Origin: an uncultured cyanobacterium
GTDB taxonomy: Bacteria; Cyanobacteriota; Cyanobacteriia; Cyanobacteriales; Nostocaceae
Length of the DNA: 64,000 nucleotides
Assembly (NCBI GenBank): GCA_963706595.1
Contig: OY970166.1
Span: 3,584,001 to 3,648,000 of the forward strand
Reading direction: 5' to 3'
Shown here in pieces: positions 16,818-27,582 of this stretch. Both the position numbers and the translations under genes were made by a program. Under the pieces are notes generated by a model. It did not search any database. It saw nothing but the letters and a program-made list of their open reading frames with translations, and had not been told where the DNA came from. Each line of letters starts with the position of its first letter. Position 1 is the stretch's first letter.

Positions 16818-19154
16818 TTACTCAAAGCGCTGATTTTTATCTGACCAAAGCTTGAGGCTGTAGTTTTGGGCATTCTCTACCAACAATGCTAGAGATTGAC
16901 TATGAGAAAGCTTGGCGATCGCTGTTAAAGCTTGTGGAGAAGTATTTTGAAAATCTGTATAAATCACCTTACCACTATCCGACAAGATGAGAGTACGATG
17001 ACGAGACTGATTTTGCTGTGGTTTTGGGCTATCCAAGTTGATATTCTGCAAAGAGGCGATCGCATCAGCTGAGATAGTCAGCACCATTTCTAGCTGAGTA
17101 TCATTTGTTAAATCAATCATTTGTAGCGGCCAATCACCCAGTTGTGCTTGAATCTGCACAAAGCCAGGAACATCACCAACCGGAAGCTGACCGATTTGTT
17201 GTAAAGAACGCCACATAATCGGCAGTAGCGCCTCGACTGCTTGGGGATTTTGTTGATAAAGTGTTGTCAGAGTCATGGGAGATGGTTGCACCCATTCCAG
17301 CGCCGCCTCACTCAAGGCTAAAGGTTTGGGTAAGAGAGGATTATGCTGATTATGAGAAATTTGTTGCCCAGCCGCCAATAGCTGCAATATCCCATTTTGC
17401 CACCGCACACCTTTAATAGTAGCGGAGGTAATTTGCTGATTTCTTTGTGAATCCCAGACCAGAATCTGAATAACTGGGTTGAGATTAATTCCCAAAGTTG
17501 TCCAGAAAAACTGGGCGGGAGAAGTTTTGGGAGGTTGTAAATTCCTAAAAGGAGAACTCAGCCACCTTTTACCGTCATAAAAAGCATTTACCTCTACCCG
17601 ATACCAAGTTTGCTGATCTGTGAGTGTGAGGTCTGCGTTGCTATCTCGTTGCAACCACTCAAAGGAATTAATTTTAGTAATGGGCTGCACCGCACCCATA
17701 ATTTGACTGCGATGATTGGTCGATATTTGCGCCTTTTTCACCTCGCCCTTCAGTTGTGGTAACAAACCTTGAACATAGACCAGATTAGCTGGGGTAATTT
17801 TCGGTTGGGACTTTAACCAAGAATTAGCACGTTGTTCTCCCTGCTGCGCTGCTAAAATTAAAGTCGCCCAAGCTTGCACATCTTGTCTAATCGGATTAAC
17901 TCGCAACGCCGCCACTGTGCGATTCCACAACCGCCCGGTATCTGCTTTCAGTAGGTTAGCGATTTCTTGGGCATTCTGCGGCGATGCGGCAAATACTTGT
18001 AAAGCCTTCGCCCAACGACCATCAATCAACTCTGCCAATACTTGTTGACTAGGGCTAGCCCAACTAACATCGGCTTGCGCTGTGGTTAATTGGGAATGCA
18101 AGCGAATCAGATCAACTTGGCCTTGGGCGGCTGGGGGGAAACCTCCTTGATGCTGTTTTTGGATAAATTGCAACCATTCCAAGGCAGGTGTCCATAATCC
18201 ATTGCGAGCAATTAACAAGGCATCTGCATAAGCAGAATTTTGAAATGCTGGTGTTTTTAAAGATATCTCAGCCAGTTGAATCGGGTTGAGATAAAAATTA
18301 GTCGATTGGACTTGGTAAACCTTTAATTGGGGTTCTAAACCGACTGTTTGATCAATAACTAGCTCTTTTGCACCTCCACCAGTCACCTGCTGCCATTGGG
18401 GTCGTTGTCCGTTGGGATTTTGCCAAGATAACAACTGTTGTAGGTTCTGGCGCTGGGAGTTGTAATAGATAATATAACCGTAAGCGATCGCATTAGTTTC
18501 TTGTTGACGCTGACCCCACAAAGTCAACCAACTTCCTGGTGATAGTACGTCAGATCCCAAAGATTGAATTTCAGTTAAAGGGAGACGAATATTATGATCT
18601 CGGTATTCTAATGCCGGATCAATCAAAGATTCGTCTGGTGCAATGATGGCTAATTGAGCCGCTAGATCATAGTATTTTTCTGACTGTAATTGAAATTCTC
18701 GGTCTTCTGAGGGCTGATAAACTCTCAGTTCCACAATTTCTTGACAATCAGATTGGCAATTTTCACTCTTCTGAAAAATTGGTAATAAAAATGAGCCTTT
18801 CTCGTCATCTAAAGCTAGGGATTCCCCGGCTGTTTGTTGTTTACTCAGACCATCTAAAATTTGTTTGCGGCTTTGGGGACGTTCCCTGTCAGTCAGAGGA
18901 ATTTGCACCCATTCGGGGAGAAATTCGTTCAGCCAGCTTACTTGTTCCGGATGGAAGATAAAGAGAATACTTAACCAGATAAAAGTAATAATTAATCCAA
19001 CACTACTCAACAAAAGAGCGATCGCGAGAGTTGACCACAGCCAACCCCGTTGAGACTTTTGCCTGGGTTTTGAGGAGACGCGTTTGTTCGCCTTTGCATC
19101 AGACTGATTTCGTTTAGAAGCTTGTGGCGTGAGCTTTCGCCAGCGATTTGCCAT
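16818..19154 (-). CDS. Hypothetical membrane-anchored protein (778 aa)
   Basis: Basic N-terminus, one long TM segment, large soluble domain; several in-frame HIP1 sites. Confidence 0.85.
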   Translation of the reverse strand: MANRWRKLTPQASKRNQSDAKANKRVSSKPRQKSQRGWLWSTLAIALLLSSVGLIITFIWLSILFIFHPEQVSWLNEFLPEWVQIPLTDRERPQSRKQILDGLSKQQTAGESLALDDEKGSFLLPIFQKSENCQSDCQEIVELRVYQPSEDREFQLQSEKYYDLAAQLAIIAPDESLIDPALEYRDHNIRLPLTEIQSLGSDVLSPGSWLTLWGQRQQETNAIAYGYIIYYNSQRQNLQQLLSWQNPNGQRPQWQQVTGGGAKELVIDQTVGLEPQLKVYQVQSTNFYLNPIQLAEISLKTPAFQNSAYADALLIARNGLWTPALEWLQFIQKQHQGGFPPAAQGQVDLIRLHSQLTTAQADVSWASPSQQVLAELIDGRWAKALQVFAASPQNAQEIANLLKADTGRLWNRTVAALRVNPIRQDVQAWATLILAAQQGEQRANSWLKSQPKITPANLVYVQGLLPQLKGEVKKAQISTNHRSQIMGAVQPITKINSFEWLQRDSNADLTLTDQQTWYRVEVNAFYDGKRWLSSPFRNLQPPKTSPAQFFWTTLGINLNPVIQILVWDSQRNQQITSATIKGVRWQNGILQLLAAGQQISHNQHNPLLPKPLALSEAALEWVQPSPMTLTTLYQQNPQAVEALLPIMWRSLQQIGQLPVGDVPGFVQIQAQLGDWPLQMIDLTNDTQLEMVLTISADAIASLQNINLDSPKPQQNQSRHRTLILSDSGKVIYTDFQNTSPQALTAIAKLSHSQSLALLVENAQNYSLKLWSDKNQRFE

Positions 19155-19329
19155 TTTAGTTCTTATTTAAGCAGAGAGTAAGTTTCTATTTTATGAGATG
19201 TGATGCGTAAGAACAGAACCATTACGTGGACGTACACCCGATATCTTTACTTTTTCAGCCGAAAGAGTTGGTTCAGATCGTCCGTAATCGCTAACTTTAA
19301 ATTTTGTTAAAATCATTGCTTAACTGGAT

Positions 19330-19367
19330 GCCTAAGTCAGGAAGTCAGCCTTCGGACTTAGGCTTTT
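19330..19367. terminator. Terminator-like hairpin
   Basis: GCCTAAGTC..GAAG-loop-CTTC.GACTTAGGC followed by TTTT. Confidence 0.55.
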
Positions 19368-19471
19368 AGCTATGTTGTCCACCCTTCTCAACACGAGCTA
19401 GTAGCACTGAATTGTTGCTCATATCTACCGCTTCTTTAATTTGATCAAATATTTATTTTTTTACGAATAAT

Positions 19472-19500
19472 AAAAGAGGTTTGGTCATCAACCAAACCTC
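19472..19500 (-). terminator. Intrinsic terminator-like hairpin
   Basis: Perfect GAGGTTTGGT/ACCAAACCTC stem with AAAA on its left, giving a U-tract on the minus strand. Confidence 0.55.
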
Positions 19501-20430
19501 ACTATAAATCCAGTGCATAACAACATCCCGGATTAATGTACCTATTTTTTTCCTCCTTAGTCATCTTCCTATGGGATGTGTCCAAATGTGATAAAAGCTG
19601 ATAAGGGCTGTTTTAGGTATTGCCAAATACATTAGCCAAATCCTCTATAAGACAGCTTTAGATAGCTAAAAATGTTGATATGACGGAATACTCTTTTATC
19701 TAGTACTTCCCACCACAGCATTTTTCAAAATGATTAGCCAAATAAAAGACGGGTTTTATCCCGTCGATATAGCTTGAAAGTGGCGATACACCTTGTAATT
19801 TAGAAAAATAGCAAAAATAAGATTTAATGGGTTGTCAGGAAAGCAAATGATGTTAACAAAACGAACAGCTAATTATGCTGAATTCCGTGTTTTAATCAAA
19901 GTCAATCCTTGCACTGCTCATGAATATATCACATAATAAATTTAATGCGCTGCCAAAATGGCAGATACTCAACAATAAAATTCATGGCTTGGCTGTTGTT
20001 GTAAGTATAAATATGAGCAGCTTTTTGGTAATTTATGCAATTTCCCCAAAGATTTTGGAGAAAATTGTCAGAATCGCATATTGTTAAAAATGTCACAAAA
20101 TTCCTAGCATATCTGCCGGATCATCAAGGTCAGAGCTAAGTGTATGAAAAAAAACCTAAATATAGTTATAATTTAACTATTGAGACGAATATAATAACCG
20201 CAGTTCGACCGCAATCAATTTTCTGGTCAACATAGACTGCCTGATTTCGGATTTCTGCAATTCCACTTTCTGTTTATCGGTGAGTGCGAAAAAAGCATCT
20301 TGCTAATTTACGCAAATTTTTATTTAAATGTGTTACCTAGACAAAGTAACATCTATGTGTTAATTCTTAGTTATCTTAACGGTAACAAGCTCTGGAGTCA
20401 CATTTTTACTAATTCTGTTAATATTCCTAA

Positions 20431-21279
20431 ATGTTACAAGAAAAACATAAAAACGAAACAAAACTCGGTTGGTCTTTAGATGAACGAGATCCAAAATTTA
20501 TTGAATCTTTGATGCCCTTATTGGGCTTTTTGTATAATTATTACTTTCGAGTTAAAACTAGTGGTTGGCATCATATACAACCCGAAAAAAAAGTCCTCTT
20601 CGTGGGTTCTCACAATGGCGGACTGGCGGCTCCCGATATGTCGATGATGATGTACGACTGGTTCCGAAGATTTGGCTTTGAGAAGCCTGTCTACGGTCTC
20701 ATGCATCCCCATGTTTGGCAATTCACCCCTGCAATAGCCAAAATGGCTGCCAAAAGTGGAGCAGTCATCGCTCATCCGAAAATGGCTTACGCCGCTTTGC
20801 GTTCTGGGGCGAGTGTCCTGGTTTATCCTGGGGGAGCAGAAGATGTCTTTCGTCCCCATGATTTGCGGAATAAAATTTATTTTGCCGGACGACAAGGATT
20901 TATCAAGTTAGCGCTACGGGAGAACGTCCCAATTGTACCCGTAATTTCTACTGGCGCTCATGATACTCTGTTTGTGTTGACTGATGCCTATAAATTTGTA
21001 CGGCAACTGCATGAATGGGGAATGCCGTGGTTGTTTGGAGTTGATCCGGTAGTTTTTCCTGTTTATCTGGGATTACCGTGGGGATTAGCAATTGGACCGC
21101 TTCCGAATATCCCATTACCAGCGCCTATTCACACACGGGTGTGTAAACCCATTATATTTGAACGCTATGGTCGGGAAGCTGCTTGCGATCGCCATTATGT
21201 GAATGAATGCTATGAATTAGTTGTAAATCAGATGCAGCAAGAGTTAGACGAATTAGTTAAACTCAGCGCTAAAAGCTGA
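20431..21279 (+). CDS. PlsC/DGAT-like lysophospholipid acyltransferase
   Basis: SHNGGLAAPD (H...D motif), VYPGG, GFIKLALRENVPIVPV. Confidence 0.9.
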   Translation: MLQEKHKNETKLGWSLDERDPKFIESLMPLLGFLYNYYFRVKTSGWHHIQPEKKVLFVGSHNGGLAAPDMSMMMYDWFRRFGFEKPVYGLMHPHVWQFTPAIAKMAAKSGAVIAHPKMAYAALRSGASVLVYPGGAEDVFRPHDLRNKIYFAGRQGFIKLALRENVPIVPVISTGAHDTLFVLTDAYKFVRQLHEWGMPWLFGVDPVVFPVYLGLPWGLAIGPLPNIPLPAPIHTRVCKPIIFERYGREAACDRHYVNECYELVVNQMQQELDELVKLSAKS

Positions 21280-21375
21280 TTTACAACAGCAAAGGCGAAA
21301 TTTTTGCTTGCACTTCTTCCGTCACTGCTGGTGGTACAGATTCAACAAACTGAAATAAACTTGCTTAATCTCAGA

Positions 21376-22740
21376 TTAAACTGGCACTGCTTGGCGAACT
21401 TCTACGGGTTCACCAGTTAAACTAAAAGCTCTAACTTCAGTAATTTTTACCTTGACAATTTGCCCTTTTAGTTGATTAATGTCACCTGTAAAGAAAGTCA
21501 AACGATTACCGCCAGTGCGTCCCATGACTTGGGTGGGATCTTTGGTATTTTGATCTTCGACTAAGACTTCTTCAATGCGTCCCATGTAACGCTGCGATCG
21601 CTCGGATGCTTTAACGTTAACTAAATGGTTTAATCTTTGTAGGCGATCGCTCTTCACTTCTTCACTGAGTTGATTTGTCCACAAAGCTGCTGGTGTACCA
21701 GGACGAGGGGAATATGCGGCTGTATTCAATAAATCGAAGCCGATATCTTCTACCAACTTCAGAGTATTTTCAAACTGTGCTTCCGTCTCCCCAGGAAAGC
21801 CCACAATTGCATCGCCACTAATGGAAGCATCAGGCATATACCCCCGAATCGTATCAATAATCCGGCGATATTTCTCCTGAGTATAACCCCGTGACATTGC
21901 TTTCAACAGTTCATTATCTCCAGATTGAAAGGGAATGTGAAAGTGTTCACACACCTTGGGTAACTCAGCACAAGCCTTAATTAATCGCTCCGTAAAATAA
22001 CGGGGATGGCTAGTAGCAAATCTTAAGCGTTCAATTCCTGGAATATCATGGACATAATAAAGTAAATCAGTGAAATTATGTAAATTGCGACCTTCTGGAG
22101 TTGTCCCTGGCAAATCTCGACCGTAAGCGTCAATATTTTGACCGAGAAGGGTAATTTCCTTGTAACCTTGTCGTCCCAGTTCTTCCATTTCCGCACGTAT
22201 GGCTTCTGGGGTGCGAGATTGTTCTACACCACGCACATTAGGAACCACGCAATAAGTGCAGCGTTCATTACAGCCATAAATAATATTCACCCAAGCAGTC
22301 ACACTGCTATCTCTTCGGGGCTGAGTAATATCTTCCATGATGTGAACCGACTCAGTGGCCACAACTTGATTACCATTTAAAACTGATGTCAGCAAATCTT
22401 GGAGACGGTTGGCGTGTTGTGGTCCCATTACCAAGTCCAATTCTGGGACTCGTCGTAATAAGGCTTCTCCTTCCTGCTGGGCAACACAACCAGCAACAAT
22501 CAGCGTTAAACCAGGCTCTTGTTGCTTGCGTTTGGCTTGTCTACCCAGATAAGAATACACCTTGTGTTCGGCGTTATCCCGAATCGTGCAGGTATTGTAG
22601 AGAATTAAATCTGCATCATTGGGGTCTTCTGACCATTTAAAGCCCATGTCTTCTAAAATGCCAGCCATGCGCTCGGAGTCGGCTTTATTCATTTGGCAAC
22701 CGAAAGTAATAATGTGGTAATGGCGATTAGAAGTAGTCAT
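21376..22740 (-). CDS. miaB: tRNA-2-methylthio-N6-dimethylallyladenosine synthase MiaB
   Basis: TFGCQMN..DSE, NTC.IR, radical SAM motif [18 protein letters not shown]-terminal TRAM. Confidence 0.97.
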   Translation of the reverse strand: MTTSNRHYHIITFGCQMNKADSERMAGILEDMGFKWSEDPNDADLILYNTCTIRDNAEHKVYSYLGRQAKRKQQEPGLTLIVAGCVAQQEGEALLRRVPELDLVMGPQHANRLQDLLTSVLNGNQVVATESVHIMEDITQPRRDSSVTAWVNIIYGCNERCTYCVVPNVRGVEQSRTPEAIRAEMEELGRQGYKEITLLGQNIDAYGRDLPGTTPEGRNLHNFTDLLYYVHDIPGIERLRFATSHPRYFTERLIKACAELPKVCEHFHIPFQSGDNELLKAMSRGYTQEKYRRIIDTIRGYMPDASISGDAIVGFPGETEAQFENTLKLVEDIGFDLLNTAAYSPRPGTPAALWTNQLSEEVKSDRLQRLNHLVNVKASERSQRYMGRIEEVLVEDQNTKDPTQVMGRTGGNRLTFFTGDINQLKGQIVKVKITEVRAFSLTGEPVEVRQAVPV

Positions 22741-22794
22741 GGGCGATTATGCTGAGTTAGCGTCAGGTATATAAACTTTGTTTCTATTCTATAA

Positions 22795-22829
22795 CTCAGT
22801 TATCAGTTATCAGTTATCAGTTACCAGTC
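22795..22829. repeat. Heptamer tandem repeat (TCAGTTA)n
   Basis: Direct reading; STRR-type repeats are typical of Nostocales. Confidence 0.8.
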
Positions 22830-22973
22830 AATAGACATAATTGGGGTTAAGTTCTCCAGTATGTCAGCGTGATAACTGATAATTGTTCACTGGTTCACCG
22901 CTATTTCCCCAGGCTGCTATTGACCCCACCCCTAGCCCCTCCCCGCAAGCGAGGAGGGGCTGCTCAGGTCTAT

Positions 22974-24557
22974 TTATTCCTGACTTGCTGGCTGAGATGG
23001 AGCTGCTTCACGACTACGGCGTAATGAATTCCGCAACTGATTTTGACTAGAAGAGGAAGTATTAGCTGGTGCTGCTGGTGTACTTGCGGTGGGACGTGGC
23101 CGCCGATTTGTACTAGGTTGCGCTGGTCGTGGCGCTGGTCGTGCTGCTGCTGGTGCTGGATTGGTTCGCTGACGCTTGACCCTACGCAAAGAATCTCTGA
23201 CGTTTGACTGGCTAGGAGTAGGAGTCGTCCTTGTTCCAGATGATGAACCTGCGGCGGTGTTTTGCTGGCGTGGTCGTCTGACTGGTGTTGCTGCTGCGGG
23301 TCTGGTGACTGGGGCGGCTGGGGCTGTGGGTGTAATTTCTCGTCTGGCTCTGACTGTAGGTGTGCTGGTGGTGTTGGTAGCAGGAGTATTTGGAGTCGGT
23401 GTGGGAGTGGAACTAGATGCTGCTCTCTCGCGGCTTCTCTGTCTTGCTTGCTCTGCTTGTTTCTTTTTCCGTTCTTGGACTTGGCGGTGTCGCTGTGATC
23501 CTTCTATAGCAAATTCTGTGGCTATTGATACTCCCTCTCTACCACTCTCTGAGGGCTTCAATTTCCAGTTACGCGCTTGTCTCAAGGTTTCTTCGTCTAA
23601 TCTGCTGTTACCACTAGAGTTCACAATTCGCGCTCTGGTGACATTCCCTTTGGCATCAGTATCAACTGCTACTTCTACTTTACCCTCAATGCCTCGCCGT
23701 CTAGCAAACTCTGGATAATTGGTGTTGCACTCAGTACAAGCTGCACGACCATTACCTGAACCTCTGGAATTACCACTACTATTATTTTGCGGAGCAGTGT
23801 TTATCTGTGGCGTTTTGGGTGCAGTGGGTGCGACTGCGACAGGCGATCGCTGTACTCTTGTATTATTACTTGTATTATTATTTGTACCTGAAGCTACTGT
23901 ATTACTGCTTTGAGTGACTCTGGAATCTCTTAATCCACTTAAAGTTCCTCTGAGTTGTTCACTAGCTTGATTCGTCTGAGGAACTGCAATTGTCGATTCT
24001 GATGATGTTGTTGTTGAAGTCAACAGAGATTCTAACTTAGCTACAGATTCCTGGCGTGGGAGACTCGTAGGTTGAGGCTGTGCAGTGGTTGCTGTAGTTT
24101 GTTGGACTGGCTGAGAAACTGTTGGTTGGGGTGGCTGAGGAACCGGCGGAGTTTTCACACTTTCAACCTTTGGTGCTGGTGGAGTTACCGTTGGCTGCTG
24201 TTGTTGAGGCGCTAAAGCAGGCTGGGAAAATGTTGGCTCAATTTTTACCGGAGTTACCGGAGTTATTGGTGTGACTCTACTCGTAACAATCTTGGTCGGT
24301 TCAGGTATTTTAATTTTTTCAGGAATTATTTCTGGTGGTTTTTCTGGTTTTTCTTCTGGAGGGTCTACCGGATCTAAAATTACTAACTCTATTGGTTCAT
24401 ATTGTTCTTTCGGCACTCTCACCAACAAACTACCTATACCCGAAGCTAGTACGCCGATGTGTAGCGTGAACGAACCAATCAGACTGTAAATCAAGAAAGT
24501 CTTGAGAGCTTCAACTTCTTGGGAACGATGTTTGATAGAAATGCCGGAAAAGCTCAT
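22974..24557 (-). CDS. TonB-family energy transducer with a long low-complexity C-terminal extension
   Basis: TM with S...H motif (SFTLHIG), Pro-rich linker, TonB_C motif YPEFARRRGIEGKVEV...GNV...SSGNSRLD. Confidence 0.9.
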   Translation of the reverse strand: MSFSGISIKHRSQEVEALKTFLIYSLIGSFTLHIGVLASGIGSLLVRVPKEQYEPIELVILDPVDPPEEKPEKPPEIIPEKIKIPEPTKIVTSRVTPITPVTPVKIEPTFSQPALAPQQQQPTVTPPAPKVESVKTPPVPQPPQPTVSQPVQQTTATTAQPQPTSLPRQESVAKLESLLTSTTTSSESTIAVPQTNQASEQLRGTLSGLRDSRVTQSSNTVASGTNNNTSNNTRVQRSPVAVAPTAPKTPQINTAPQNNSSGNSRGSGNGRAACTECNTNYPEFARRRGIEGKVEVAVDTDAKGNVTRARIVNSSGNSRLDEETLRQARNWKLKPSESGREGVSIATEFAIEGSQRHRQVQERKKKQAEQARQRSRERAASSSTPTPTPNTPATNTTSTPTVRARREITPTAPAAPVTRPAAATPVRRPRQQNTAAGSSSGTRTTPTPSQSNVRDSLRRVKRQRTNPAPAAARPAPRPAQPSTNRRPRPTASTPAAPANTSSSSQNQLRNSLRRSREAAPSQPASQE

Positions 24558-24922
24558 AGTCTATTGCTACCTATTCTCACTTATCTAGCTATCTTAAAAC
24601 GCACAGGCTGAAAATATCAAGTAAAAATTGAAAATTCTTGCAGTAATCCTACGAAAACCTGTTTTAGCCCACACTTGCCAGTCCATTGCTGATCATCAGG
24701 GTTGTGTGTCTATAGATTGTTTAGTAGGTACTGGAACCCCACCCCCTCCGGTGCAAGCGAGAGCAGGGGGCTATAATATACCTTATATGATTAGGAAAGG
24801 CTATGTGTGACGGAATATAGATAAAAATTATTCTTTTTTATAGACTACTATTTTATTTTAATTCTTCGCAAAATAGTATCAACTATTTTGATTGATACTA
24901 AATTTGTCAGAAAAAGTGTATA

Positions 24923-25031
24923 TAGTACAAGTCGGCGTAAATAAACAGACCATTCAAAATCCATGAAAAGCCCATTTTATAAGCTTTTTGACTTTTGACT
25001 TTTGACTTTTGACTTCCGCCTTGCGGTAATA
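24923..25031. repeat. Dispersed repeat / MITE-like element containing (TTTTGAC)4
   Basis: TAGTACAAGTCGGCG...(ttttgac)n...CCGCCTTGCGGTAATA, with only weak terminal complementarity. Confidence 0.5.
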
Positions 25032-25298
25032 GCGTCTCCCTTTGGGAGAAGCCCGTTGTGTACACACAAGTCTAAAAACGTTTATTTGCATAAGGTGCGT
25101 TAACCCATGCCATGTTGACACATTTATATCTTTGGTATGCGTTATTTATCTTAAGATAAGAATATAAAAGCAATTTCAATTTCATTAGTAAACTTAAGTA
25201 AGTTTATCTAGCGGTTAATAGCTAGTTACAAAAAATTAGCACCACAAAAATCTGTCTTTGAAGTAGGCTTGTAGCATCTCAACGCTTGTATTATTTTT

Positions 25299-27410
25299 AT
25301 GACTTCCTTGATTCGCTTCTTGATGTGCGCCCCTGACCACTACGATGTGGACTATGTAATTAATCCCTGGATGGAAGGGAATATTCACAAGTCTTCGCGC
25401 GATCGCGCCGTGGAACAGTGGCAAAAACTCCACCACATCCTTAAACAACACGCCATTGTCGATTTAGTAACTCCCCAGATTGGTTGGCCTGACATGGTAT
25501 TTACCGCCAATGCTGGTTTAGTCCTGGGGAAAAATGTTGTCCTCAGTCGATTTCTCCACAAAGAACGTCAGGGAGAAGAACCTTTCTTCCAAAACTGGTT
25601 TGAGGAAAACGGTTACACGGTGAATTTACTGCCAAAAGACTTACCCTTTGAAGGTGCTGGAGATGCACTTTTAGATCGGGAAGGACGTTGGTTATGGGCT
25701 GGATATGGTTTTCGCTCAGAATTAGATTCTCACCCTTATTTAGCTAAATGGCTAGATATTGAGGTGCTGTCTCTACGACTAATTGATGAGCGCTTCTATC
25801 ACCTAGATACCTGCTTCTGTCCTTTGGCTAACGGCTATTTATTGTATTATCCCGGCGCTTTTGATGCTTATTCTAACCGCTTAATAGAAATGCGAGTTGC
25901 GCCAGAAAAGCGCATAGCAATTACCGAAGCTGATGCTGTCAACTTCGCCTGTAATACGGTGAATGTGGAAAGCATCGTGATTATGAACAAAGCCAGCAAT
26001 ACTTTAAAAGCACGTTTAACAGATTTTGGTTTCCGAGTCATTGAAACCCCACTGACGGAATTCCTCAAAGCCGGTGGTGCTGCTAAATGTCTCACACTGC
26101 GTGTCACAGAACCACTAGACGCAGAAATTCATGCTAATGTCTCGGTCGAAAGCCGCGTGATTCGCATGGAAGGCCATTTGCTGGACTCTGGTTTGATTAA
26201 CCAAGCTCTAGATTTGATTGTGGATACTGGTGGAAGTTTCCAAGTGATGAATTTTAACTTGGGAGAACAACGCCAAAGTACATCTGCGGCTGAGGTACGC
26301 GTTTCTGCACCTTCTCATGAGGTGATGGAAGAAATCATCTCGCAGTTAATTGATTTGGGTGCTGTCGATTTACCCCAAGATGAACGAGACGCTAAATTAC
26401 AGCCTGTAATTCAAGCTGGGGTGGCTCCTGATGATTTCTATGTGAGTACAATTTATCCTACGGAAGTGCGGATTAATGGTGAATGGGTGCGGGTAGAAAA
26501 TCAGCGCATGGATGGCGCGATCGCCATTACTCAAACTGCCAATGGTTTAGTAGCTAGATGTAAACTATTACGTGACTTAGAAGTGGGCGATCGCGTAATT
26601 GTCGATGTCCTCGGTATCCGTACTATCCGCAAAACTGAATCCCGTGAACAGCGTAATTCTCAAGAATTTAGCTTTATGTCCTCTGGGGTTTCCAGCGAAA
26701 GACGTGTGGAAATTGTGGTGGAACAAGTCGCTTGGGAATTACGTAAAATTAGGGATGCTGGCGGTAAAGTAGTTGTCACTGCGGGTCCTGTGGTGATTCA
26801 CACAGGCGGCGGCGAACATTTGGCGCAACTGATTCGGGAAGGATATGTACAGGCGCTCTTGGGTGGGAATGCGATCGCAGTCCATGACATTGAGCAAAAT
26901 ATGATGGGGACTTCCCTCGGTGTAGATATGAAGCGGGGTGTAGCCGTGCGAGGTGGGCATCGCCATCACCTTAAAGCCATTAATATTATCCGCCGTTATG
27001 GCAGCATTGCCAAGGCTGTGGAAGCGGGAGTGGTTAAAAATGGTGTGATGTATGAATGTGTATCTAATAATATACCTTTCAGCCTCGCTGGTTCCATTCG
27101 CGATGATGGTCCTTTGCCTGATACCCAAACGGATTTGATTAAGGCACAGGAGGAATACGCCAAACTAATTGAGGGTGCGGAGATGATTTTGATGTTGTCT
27201 TCAATGTTACACTCAATTGGGGTGGGAAATATGACTCCGGCTGGGGTGAAGATGGTCTGTGTGGATATTAATCCGGCTGTAGTTACTAAGTTAAGCGATC
27301 GCGGTTCTGTGGAATCTGTGGGTGTGGTGACAGATGTCGGTTTGTTCCTGAGTCTGTTGATTCAGCAGTTGGAAAAGTTGACAAATCCTTATGTTGCTAG
27401 TGTAGGTTAA
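25299..27410 (+). CDS. agrE: Bifunctional arginine dihydrolase / ornithine cyclodeaminase (AgrE/ArgZ)
   Basis: Amidinotransferase-fold N-domain (INPWM, DMVFTAN, FEGAGD, FYHLDTC, GGAAKC) fused to LOR/SDH-like domains (GSIRDDGPLP, LHSIGVGN); 703 aa. Confidence 0.93.
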   Translation: MTSLIRFLMCAPDHYDVDYVINPWMEGNIHKSSRDRAVEQWQKLHHILKQHAIVDLVTPQIGWPDMVFTANAGLVLGKNVVLSRFLHKERQGEEPFFQNWFEENGYTVNLLPKDLPFEGAGDALLDREGRWLWAGYGFRSELDSHPYLAKWLDIEVLSLRLIDERFYHLDTCFCPLANGYLLYYPGAFDAYSNRLIEMRVAPEKRIAITEADAVNFACNTVNVESIVIMNKASNTLKARLTDFGFRVIETPLTEFLKAGGAAKCLTLRVTEPLDAEIHANVSVESRVIRMEGHLLDSGLINQALDLIVDTGGSFQVMNFNLGEQRQSTSAAEVRVSAPSHEVMEEIISQLIDLGAVDLPQDERDAKLQPVIQAGVAPDDFYVSTIYPTEVRINGEWVRVENQRMDGAIAITQTANGLVARCKLLRDLEVGDRVIVDVLGIRTIRKTESREQRNSQEFSFMSSGVSSERRVEIVVEQVAWELRKIRDAGGKVVVTAGPVVIHTGGGEHLAQLIREGYVQALLGGNAIAVHDIEQNMMGTSLGVDMKRGVAVRGGHRHHLKAINIIRRYGSIAKAVEAGVVKNGVMYECVSNNIPFSLAGSIRDDGPLPDTQTDLIKAQEEYAKLIEGAEMILMLSSMLHSIGVGNMTPAGVKMVCVDINPAVVTKLSDRGSVESVGVVTDVGLFLSLLIQQLEKLTNPYVASVG

Positions 27411-27427
27411 GGAAATAGATGTTCCTT

Positions 27428-27500
27428 ATTGCGGACATCATTTACTTTATGGGTAATTATGTATGTCCGCAAACTACAATGAGTTTTAACTTTAGCTCCA
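27428..27500 (+). pseudogene. Short duplicated remnant of the DUF2085 gene (direct repeat of 31277-31321)
   Basis: 40/45 nt identity; encodes IADIIYFMGNYVCPQ versus IADIIYFMGNHVCPQ; weaker frameshifted similarity continues to about 27500. Confidence 0.8.
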
Positions 27501-27582
27501 AACTGTTCCTATGTTTTATGACCAGACGAAACCACAATAAGCTTATATGATTTAGTTCCTGAAATGAGTAAATCTAAATTAT

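Noticed and set aside
24628..24810. 60-aa ORF upstream of TonB
   Set aside because: TTG start, overlaps a degenerate dispersed repeat, no recognisable protein features.
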